Source of the DNA: Paraglomus brasilianum
Lineage: Eukaryota
Length of the DNA: 48,531 bases
NCBI GenBank assembly: GCA_910592345.1
Contig: CAJVPI010000149.1
Coordinates: 1 to 48,531, forward strand
Direction: 5' to 3'
A program made the translations under genes and the position numbers. The notes below the pieces were generated by a model that searched no databases, was not told the origin of the DNA, and was given only the letters and a program-made list of their open reading frames with translations. Each line of letters begins with the position of its first letter. Within the stretch, counting starts at the first letter, position 1. Of this stretch, positions 1 to 10,210 are shown in pieces.

Positions 1-225
1 TAGAGGTTTAGCGATAGTAGGAACGAGCCTAAGAGTTCCGCCGGAAGACGACTAAATCCCAAGGTCGTTACACGAACCCTCTCCCACGTGTGGCGATCCG
101 ACATTGGACAAGGTACTAACTGTAACCCGAGGTTTACCTAGAGAAGGAGACGCCACGCTCTGCCGAAACTAGCTAAATTCCTCGTGTCGATTATTATTTG
201 CTCTTCCGTGATAGTCGGCACGACA
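1..225. mobile_element. Nested LTR-like termini: a 3' end finishing CGTTACA at 71, followed by a second repeat end finishing GGCACGACA at 225
   Basis: About 137-227 is homologous to about 43465-43543 (e.g. ACTAGCTAAAT.CC..GTGTCGATTA.TAT.TGCTCT...CGGCACGACACT). 1-71 shares GCGATAGTA/ACGAGC.TAAG and a CGTxACA end with the LTRs at 24685 and 46498. Confidence 0.55.
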
Positions 226-244
226 CTAATCAAAAATAAAAAAA

Positions 245-1168
245 ATGGCTTTTAAATTAAAGGTAAAAATTTATGTATACTATATATATATTGGATCATT
301 ATTATATATTAATTTACTTTTTTAGGATAAAAATACAAAACAACTTTATCAACAAGAGACAATAACAAATGAAAAAAAGGTAAGTGTGCAAAAAGCGAAT
401 TCTCCAGTTGACTTATTCATACGAGAATGTTCGTAACACATTTACAGATTTGAAGTTACGCTGTCACATACAAATTATTTTCTATTAATCTGAGATATTT
501 TAATGCGAGGTTGTGGATAGATTTGTTTGGTGTAGCTATCGTAGGGGATGCCACCAAGTGATGAATAGAATCTATGCTAATATATTTTTTATCAGGTTAT
601 TTCTAGTAAAAAAATTGGCGATGAGTTTGAAGACCTTATACAAGAAAAGTTAATATCAAATGGGATTGAATGCAACTCAACTAAAACTTATATTAAAGTC
701 AATGATATTGTTAAATTCGTTGGCGATGGAAATATTGATTTATTCGGTAATTATAAATCTTTAAATTACATTATCCAATGTAAATACAAATCTGAGAAAT
801 CTTCAGTTGGGCCAAAGGAAATCAGAGAATTTTCAGCAACTTTACATAAACAATCTCCAAACACCGTGGGTTTTTTTATTACTAATACAAAGTATACGCA
901 ATACGCTGAAAATGAATCATCAAATTCCGGAAGAAGATTATATTTATGTAACGATAATAATATAGTCGAACAGATAAAATTAGCTAGACAAAGGTTAGAG
1001 AATGAAAAATTGAAAAATAATTCTACATTTTTGGAAGATATTATTGTTGAAAACATCGAGCTAGATGAAAATAGTAATATTAATTTTTATGGTATTCATC
1101 TTAAAGGGAAATGTAAAATAGGCAAATTTTCAACTAAAAAAGTAGTTACCCGTTATAACCCTTATTAA
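245..1168 (+). CDS. Mrr-like (Mrr_cat/RRG7-related) PD-(D/E)XK restriction-endonuclease-fold protein, ~214 aa; exons 245-262, 326-379, 596-1168
   Basis: Canonical GT-AG phase-0 introns join into an open frame. Motifs GDEFE, GDGNIDLFG, IIQCK, VGPKEIREF and GFFITNTKYT match the Mrr catalytic-domain pattern. Confidence 0.8.
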
Positions 1169-1230
1169 TATATATTTTAGCCTCCTAAAGAGGCCTTGTT
1201 TTGCGTAAATTTAAAAATGTCTATTATATA

Positions 1231-2093
1231 CAGTGGTGTGCAAAAAAAATGAACTTTCTTAAAATCACGTTAGTTTTACAAGTATTGGTGCACAATGCGT
1301 CATTTTAAAGCCGATAAGTAGTAGATTTATTATAAAAGTTTTAATATGATATTCGTTCACTATTTTTCTCAATAACCTCTCTACAGCGCTGAGGCATTGA
1401 ATTTAAAAAATTAATTATAAGACTATTCCCCACTCCTTCCCCAAAAAACGCTCCACATTCTTTTTAACAATTGCCCAAAGGTTTTCAATGGGATTTAGCT
1501 CTAAACTATTAGAAAGCCAATCCATAACCTCTGGGACATTCTTATCAAGAAATTCCTTAGTAATACGACTAGTATGCTTAGGGTCATTGTCTTGTTGCAG
1601 CCGCCAATTACCTCGTAACATATTACGCACTTTCCGGGAGGTGCGTTTCCAATATTTCTGTATAAAATTTTGCATCCATTATGCACCGAAAACAAAAAAA
1701 AAAACTGGTAGTACCCGTTATACAAGGGCGAATATTTTACTTCGGTCCTTTGGTATTGGACCACTTTATGCTTTACATCTCCAATATCTTGGATTTTTTT
1801 AAGGTTTCGGCGGACAGTACTAATTGGAATCTTTGTCGAACTTTGTATTTCAATAGCGTTTCGTATTCCCAGCTTCCAGAATGTAATGTGGCCTGTCGTT
1901 GTGTTTCTTGCTTTTATGAGGTCATTTTGATATTCAATAAAATATAATTTTTGTTAAAGTATGGAAAATATTTCACTAGAAGATAATAGAGCGATTGTCA
2001 GGCTTTCATTTGCATATTTATTTGTGTAAATCTAATCAAAATTGGGCAAGTTACGCCTGTCGATCTTCTTTCCATTTTTTTTGCACACCACTG
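1231..2093 (-). mobile_element. Internally deleted Tc1/mariner DNA transposon with a decayed DDE transposase
   Basis: Perfect 21-bp TIRs CAGTGGTGTGCAAAAAAAATG at 1231-1251 and 2073-2093, each flanked by TA. The minus strand encodes QQDNDPKHTS...W.SNS.ELNPIENLW (DDE_3-type) with frameshifts. Confidence 0.92.
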
Positions 2094-2900
2094 TACCTCA
2101 ACAAGCAATAACCTGCGGCAAGATAAAGAGGCCAAAGCGTAGTTAGAGTTGCGCCGAGTAGTCAAATAAGATATCCACCATGTGGATGTGGTTATAGAAA
2201 AAGTGTACAAGAAAATGTTATAAGAATAACGTTTGTTATCTAAATTATTATGAATAAGTTATGTTATTGTCTTGCAAATATTTTTATTAATATCGATAGC
2301 CATACATAGCTGACTGACAAGTGGGTGATGGTACATAGATTTTTGGAATCTTGGATGGGACGGGATTTACACGCCAAAAAACCTCTCGCAATCTTATCCG
2401 TGCGTCTTTCAAGTAAATTATCAATGACAAACCAATTATTGATCACTCAACTCTCGGCCGTTAACATTTCCTATTACTAAAGCCACATGTGGCTACCAGC
2501 CATACTTCCATCACCACAGCCGTGTCAATTGTGTGACGATCAATTGTCAAATATTTCAACAATCAGTTATCGCAATAAAAAAATCTTCAGATACTGATTA
2601 GTCAGTCACTCGTTGAAATTTACCGCAGCAGGAAATCTAAAGTCACATGTGACTATCATCCATACTTTCGACAAATCAATTATCGCCGATTAGACATCGA
2701 ATGGTCATTCAACACTAACTAGCCGTCAAATCAAGACCTCCTACCGCAGTAAATCTATTACGCCGCCAAGACAATAAAATGTTACACCATAACGCACAGC
2801 GAATTTTCAGCCAATAGGGGACACACAGTAAGAATCGTCGATTGATAAGTTGATTGACCATCAACCGCTAGTGAAAGTGACAAAGTGACCACTCTGCACA

Positions 2901-5900
2901 ATGGCATATGAGGTATAGGGAAGCAAACATATGCTAAAACACTCCATCTACCACCTATATATTAATCAATACATGATACTTTGTAGGAAACTGAAAGCTC
3001 AACAACCGGCTATGTAGCAGGCAACATTCTCACAACAGGTGCTTCTTCAATGATATCTTCTACATTAACGCTGAGCAACACTGTAAATCAAGGCAGTTTT
3101 CCTAAAGTTATACTTCAATTAATGGAACAAGGGCTTATTTCAGCAGATGAGCAAATAAAAGAATTGTTGATGGACTTGAAATATTCTCGGAATATTTACG
3201 CACTCAAATATATTCTCGAACACAAAGGAGATTCTGTGTCAGTAGAGATGTTAAATGCAGCTGTGCAGAGTCTATGTTCTCAAGAGTTTGATGAAGTGTT
3301 CTCAGGAGAAACAGCTATTAAGTTGGAATGGCAATTGCGGATTATTGTAACAATACTGGAACTGTTGTGTCAAAATAATTGTCAATTTACACAGCCTTTT
3401 ATTGATGGTATTAGACAAGCTACTTCCAAGTACAAGAATACACATTCAGCAATTAGGCAGTGTGGAGGAGAAATTTGGAAACCTAATTTTGCAGAATCTA
3501 ATGAATTACACAAGTGCAATTACAATATCAGATACCTTCTCAAACTCATTAAGAATACATTAAATACTGTTTGTAGTGTTGAAAACCATTACCAGACAAA
3601 TATTGACCAGGCCGTTACAGCATTAAAAGGCTTACTTGCTGCTGTTCCTGAATTAGCTATGGAAGTTGATGTCCCTCTTGGTGATTTTGACATAGAGAGA
3701 TCTTGGAAGTATTTCAAAGAAGCATTTTATGTTGAAGCATCAGGCAAGCCATGGTATATGACTTGGAGAAGGCTTATTATATTGCAAGACAGTCTTGACA
3801 AATGGTACCAACAAAAAGAGTCAAATATTTCAATGAGTTTTAAAGAAAGGGTGCTTCTTGAGTATCTCTGGTATCATATCAGTTTATGTTATGCCGAAAA
3901 TGCAGCAGAGAATCAGGATGTTAGTGATAAACTCTGGTTTGGCATCTTAGATATTATCCAACAACTGATCCAAAAAACATGTTCTACAACTACACAAGCT
4001 ATTTGTTATTACATAGCATTAGACTCATTGAATAACACTATCACTGAATCTATTCAATTCAAATCCATTGAAGTGTTGTTGAGTCTTGGAGCCAAAAATA
4101 ATGAATTGTTTGTTACAACAACTGATGATATTTCTGGCTGTGATGTACCAAGATCAGTTAGCATGTACTATTACCTAAATGATAAATTAGAAGTTGAATC
4201 AAAAATGATTTTAAAATATCTGCCAGATCAAATAATGACAAACACCCAAAATATAAAACATCAAGACAAAGGAAAAGGGAAAGGGAAAAGTGTTGAAAAA
4301 CATCCAATTGACTATATTGCAGAAGATTTAACATGTCCTATTGTCTGTGAAACAGTTGGTGACTTTTATCAGCTTAATTGTCAACACATTATTAGCTCAA
4401 AGGCTTTTTTATCACTAAACAACTCAGAATGCCCTTATTGCAGAAGTGAAATTAGAAGAGATGAAGTGTATTATTTGCCACAACAGACAATATACAATAA
4501 TGTTCAACATCACATTATTGACACTGATTATCAAGATGTTTATGATGCTAATGCTGGAAGCAATATTAATGCAGATCAAAAAATATTTGATGACTATGAT
4601 GACATTAAAAAACAAAAAAGAAAAAACAGGACGAGAAAATATGGTCCTGAATCTACTACTACATGGAGTTCAATTTGGAAATCATTATCAGCACCAAATA
4701 TATACAAATTGTTTCTAAAATCTAAAACTGCATATGAGAATAACAAGTTGGAAAAGGCTTTGAATATCTATACACAGATATTGCGAGCAGATCCCACAAA
4801 CTATGTGGCACTATGTAATAGAGCAAAGATCAAGTTGGATATGAAAAATTTTGAAAAAGCCCTGTTAGATATTGAGAAAGCAATTGAAGTAAACAAAGTT
4901 TACAATGATGCTTGGTATTTGGGTTTAGTGGCACATGTAGGTTTGGAGAATAGGAAGGAGGTTGAACAAGATATTGGGCATATTAGGCATTTATATATGC
5001 AAAAAAAGGCATTTGATTTAATCAATGGATTTGCAAACAAACTTGAGCACTTTGATGTGGAATGGTTCAAGACTCTTGTGGACAGTTGTCCTCACCAAGC
5101 AACATACAAGTTGGATAAGTTAGTTAATATCAATCAATGGCAATTACTGTGTAAGCATCAGTATGGGGCAGATGACTACACCAGATGGTACAACACTGCT
5201 GCAACTTGGTATGACACATATAACAATACTCGGTATAATTACCAACATACAAACGCGTTTTATAAAAAAGTTTATTATATGCATAAAAGTAAGAGTTACT
5301 ATTACACTTGATTGCATAATTTTGTATATTATTATGCATGCTAAATTTATTATTATCAGGTTATTTGAAAGCACATTTTGTGCATGAAAGTCATATTGAT
5401 GATATCAGTGGATGTGACGAGTAAGTAATTATAATAACTATTTGTTATAATTGTACTATACTAATACTTTACTATTTAATTTAATAGTCACGAGGGATAT
5501 TTGTACCTTGAGGGATCTAACAATGTAAGTGTTTTTGGTCTAATGTTTTGTACAATGTCGTGAATATTGACTAATAAACAAATATGTTAGTTAACAATAC
5601 CCATATTCCGAGTACCTCCAAACAAATACAAGCTTGGCATTTTGTTGAGGAATTATCGGGACGTAATGACAATTGCAATCGTAGTACGTATCAGATAAGA
5701 ATTGTTTATTCTCAGTCTTAATTGTAAATAATATAAACATTTTATTTGTAGATAAGAACATCAACTGAAGAAATACAATATATTGCGGATATTGAACGTA
5801 ATTACTACGATGACACTGAATATATTTTACCATGCGTGGTTGATGTTTTGTCTGAAGATGACATTACTATAGAGTTTGCTATCAGCAAGGTATAGTTTAC

Positions 5901-6119
5901 TTGTTCATCGATTTGGTGTAAATTTGTTCAATCATTCTAACTTTAACTCTATTTTAGTCAGACGTACGTCTTTATTGGGTTTGTTTATATTCGGAAGAAA
6001 AGTTTGATAGTATTAGCATGGAACGTAACTTGAAAGTTGAAACATTTTCAACTGGTATAAAAATGATTGATTATAAGCAATATTGTTACCCTGACATCAC
6101 ACATGCCATATATAATTAA
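2901..6119 (+). CDS. Multidomain putative E3 ligase, copy A, ~934 aa (helical N-domain, degenerate RING/U-box, TPR, F-box-like segment, beta-rich C-domain); exons 2901-2912, 2987-5288, 5360-5420, 5488-5524, 5591-5683, 5752-5889, 5958-6119
   Basis: All seven exons join in frame via GT-AG introns conserved in position with copy B. Motifs CPIV...LNCQHIISS...CPYCR, plus three TPR-like helical repeats (ALCNRAK). Confidence 0.8.
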
Positions 6120-8628
6120 CGCGAACATTGTTTAAGCGAGCGTACTCTACTTTATTGTATTGCATATGTATTTCGCGTACGTAATAATATTATTAAATAT
6201 GTTCAAGACAAAAATTTGAATTACGGTCGATGCTATTCATGCGTACCTAGGAGTAATGATCACGAACTTGCTGCGTATTTATCGGTCGGGTAATACGGGA
6301 GCATAAACGAAGAAGTATTCTTATTGAAAAACATGAATCACGGTGGTTATATCGAGATTTATGCTTTATTAGCATTATTTAGGCCAAGTGCGATTGATGT
6401 CAAGCGCAAAAATAAAATTTGTTTTATTCTTTGCTTGTAACGTTTATGATTTTATTGTCTAGAAGCTAGGCAACCACCTTTATACGATTTTAAATGACTG
6501 CTGTACAATGACAAGTGCATATATGTAAGTAACCGTCGCGTGAACTATGTAAGTACTAAAACGTTGAAATAAAGAATTGTTTTGATAAACGCCACTAACA
6601 GCCTTTGTGTCTTGCTTTGTCATAGATGACAAGAATAGGGAGAGGAACATACGTATCACATATAAATACGAAATGCATCAATGCGAGTGCCGGCGAAAAA
6701 AGCTGTACCGCACTTTCGGTGTATGTATTTTATTATAAAATGCTTCATAAACAATAATAACAGTAAAGTTATGCAAATAACTACGCTCAATTCTGAGTAT
6801 CAAATTGCTGCCGTTAATGCCTAATAATATGAATAAGTTTGGGTTTTGAATGCACACTAGATGGAACTCTTTTTGGGTTGGTAGTCCACAACGAGTAGAG
6901 TAGATGGTACTGTACGCTTTCGAACTTTTTAGCTATGCAACTGAGCTGATAGACTAAGATATAAATGTCAAACTTGTCCATGTCATTCCAACAAACATGT
7001 TGCAAATTATTAGTCACTCTCTTCAATCACTTGCCCACATTACTAATAGTTGTTATTTAAGGCTAAAAGTACTATTTATCGTACTTGCAGGTCTGATGCT
7101 CAATCGAGTTAGTTGGGTCAATGTGTATTCAAATGTTAATAATAATAATAATAAATGTTACTTATTATCACTACTATGAAAACTGCTTTGTACCCGCGTC
7201 TAATTAAGAGAAGTATTAGTATTATTTTAGTGTTCCGGTATACAATAACACTAATAACTGTAGTAATAATTAATCTCTCAATACTGTAAGTTCTTTTCGA
7301 AAATAATATTAATCGAAATACATAATGGAACATATTGAGAAACGTGCACGTATTAATTAACGCGCTTACGGACCTCCTTTACTCCGAGCGTGTACAGATC
7401 GAGGTCCTTCCTACATTAGGTTTTCATAAATAGAGATACGTATAGAATTAATTTGATAGTTGCACTTGAAGTTTTTGTATGAATTAAATACCATTTGTAA
7501 CCCTGCTTGCTGCCCCGTTTGTCATCCCATTTTCATTACACATTTGGTACTTTTCCTCTTTACCTGAAACGTTTCATAAACTTTAACACTAAACGCCTCT
7601 ACCTCAAATTTGGCAAATACTACTACTAAATATGGTAGGAGAGGTACTGATGAGAACCGCCATGTTCATTCTCACACGAGATATCTTGTCAATTCCAACA
7701 TTATCAGACAGTTTGAATAAGAAACTGTCCATCGTACTTTGATTCGCGCCAACCTAACCGTTGGACCTTTCATGGACTGTCTTTGATGTAATGTGAAGCC
7801 GGAAACAGAAGAGCTTGAAGAAGTACTAGTGATACGATCCCCACAGGCTTCTACAATCAAGTTACACTATATAAAAAATATACCGAGCCGTTCTAAAAAG
7901 ACAATTCATTCTCAGACTGTCCATTACCTCCTCTAAATGTCCTTCCTAATCTCATCACCTGCCTGGAACTCCAGTTACAGTAGAACACAAAGGTCGGGAT
8001 TAGTACTATTTTAAACAGACACTCTTACCAGTGGTTGAGCAAAGAATGAGATGCATGTAAGATTAACCTATTGTCATGCTTGCTCTATCAAAAGGCCAGA
8101 CTAAAACTAAAGAGGGGATCCATAATCTTCAGAAAGGATAACATCTCCAAGGTACTGTATTAGGTTATATTGAGGTGGGGCAAAATGGAAAGGGGAAGAA
8201 GTGGGTTGCGATGGGGTAAGGTGGAAGCGATTTTTTGTTGTGTATTCATCTTGTTTATCAATCCATCATAATTTCGCTGAGTTTGTTTATCTGTAAATTG
8301 GAAACAGGTTCTTAAACTTCTCGTAGCGGACGAAATGTAAACTCGAAGATATATTTTTCTTACGAGAACGGGAACCATGGATTAAGTCATAGTCAAACTT
8401 CTGCTCCATCGAGTATTCTCGGCAAACTCGGCTTTTGCATATTAATATTGTTCAGAGGAACAATCCGGCAATTTTCTTCAAGACGGATCTTACAGCCGAC
8501 GAAGACCTTGATATCTGTTCTGATGAACGAGGTGGATATATATTGTAGGGTAAAGTACGAATGAGCGAGACTTTGGCCGCCGATCCGAGCAAGTGGGTAG
8601 ATGAAGACTTTCAAGTTTTGAAATCACA

Positions 8629-9200
8629 TTAAAGCACATTGCTGTTCTGCGTTTCGACCTCCTCAACACACACAATGTTTACTCCAACGAATCCAATTAA
8701 TACCACCCAGCCAATATGAACCAGCCATAACAATTCTTTTTACAAATACATCCCCATTGACAGTAACCAAAATAATTCGAGGCAAATGTCCCAAGTAATG
8801 CATTGACATAATCAAAAGTTCGCCAAAAAATGGTAATTCAAACTCTTCTATTCCTATTCCAGCCGCATCAAACAAGAGAAATCATGGCCAGAAAATAAAG
8901 GCGTTGAATAACCCAGCAAAACCAAAGAATAGGGCATATTTACTCGAGATTCGTCTTTTTTGCGTAAATTAAAAACGGTATAACATCCACAGGAGAAAGC
9001 GCCAAGTATTTTGAAACGCGACATGCCTAGCTCGAATATCATTCTGCTGACGAGATTAGAATAATTCCGATTAGGCTATAAAAAGAGAGCACAATGTGAA
9101 ATTTGGTTGATATGAATACGTAAACAATGTTTAGAAGCGAAGATAACGAACAACAAACCCAAAAGAGAAATCAAATATAGAGACCGACTACGTCTCCGTT
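8629..9200 (-). pseudogene. Decayed SLC35F5/Thi74-family (DMT/EamA) transporter fragment
   Basis: Across frameshifts it reads GCYTV..DESRVNMP/LFFGFAGLFNAFIFWP*..GIEEFELP/VNALLGTFASNYF/WLLSM/GDVF..YWLGG/VLIGFVGVN. It has an in-frame stop, internal deletions and a residual intron near 9076-9120. Confidence 0.72.
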
Positions 9201-10210
9201 TACTTCGTTGAAACAACAGCCAGTTTGAAAGCGTAAATCACAATGCCGCTGATGAGTGACCTGATACAGACTAAAAAAGCCTGCCGGAAAAAAACGATAT
9301 TCGCTAGTTAATGGGTATTCATTCTTTGCTCAGGTCAACTCTTTACCAAAAATACAATTTGTGACTCTACCTGTCAATATCATACTGCTTGCAACTATTG
9401 TATATATACTACTCCAATTCGCTGATCAAAACATTGGGATTAAAATTGTTTGTTGTAGGCAAATAAATTAAAGTCATTACTCTTCAAGTTTCAAACTTAC
9501 CGATAAACCATAGTGCACAGAATATCAAACTAAGCTTGATAGTCTAACGTACGATCATCACTACCCAAACGTACTCATCAACCAAACATCCCAACCAATA
9601 CTTGACTCACATTCGTTCTGTAAGTGTAATTACCTCTTCATACTCTTCTGCAGACTTTGTACATTGTGAAGATCGAGAAACGTTTGTACGTACTTGGTGA
9701 TTGCATAAAGCAAACGGTCATCCATGGTGGATTTTGTGATAAAACATGGGTGCGTGTATGGCTGCAGGAAAGAATAGGAGGAGTTTAGTGTTAGATAAAA
9801 TTAAGAACCGAAGCCGTGTCATAACAGAAAAATTATACATCTTGTGAAGACTTGTTATACCTTTGTTTATCAGTTGTAATAAATGCATATAGCAAGTTGA
9901 GAGGAGATCATGATCTGTTAAAGTGTTATTGGGAACATGAAGATACGCCCCATAGCTAGTCGTGCACCTATTTCTATAATGTATCTCCGTCAATCTGCAA
10001 ATTATTTGTTGGAATCCATTGCACACTTTATGTGTGGCGAGGCGAGAACTATTAATAATAGCAGCACACACATGTGACATTCGTCAATGAGCATGTCACA
10101 CCATGCGAATAACACAGCACTGCCAATAGGAATAAATAGCAAAGATCGTCGAAAAATATGTTGATTGACCATCAAGCACTAGTGAGTGACAAAAGTGACC
10201 GCTCTGCGCA

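Noticed and set aside
380..595. Possible C/D snoRNA in the long second intron of the nuclease gene (GTGATGA near 558)
   Set aside because: There is no downstream D box or terminal stem before the acceptor.
766..1056. Antisense ORFs overlapping real genes (here and within NoxR, SLY1, the MFS gene and the E3-like genes)
   Set aside because: They are shadows of the coding strand with no independent support.
7370..7407. GGACCTC...GAGGTCC stem as a possible Helitron 3' hairpin
   Set aside because: The loop is too long and there is no CTRR terminus at the expected distance.
9550..9690. PAS-like peptide (SF.DFVHCEDRE) across an apparent GTAAGT...CAG intron
   Set aside because: The intron is only 34 nt, no extended ORF exists, and the match is too short to call.
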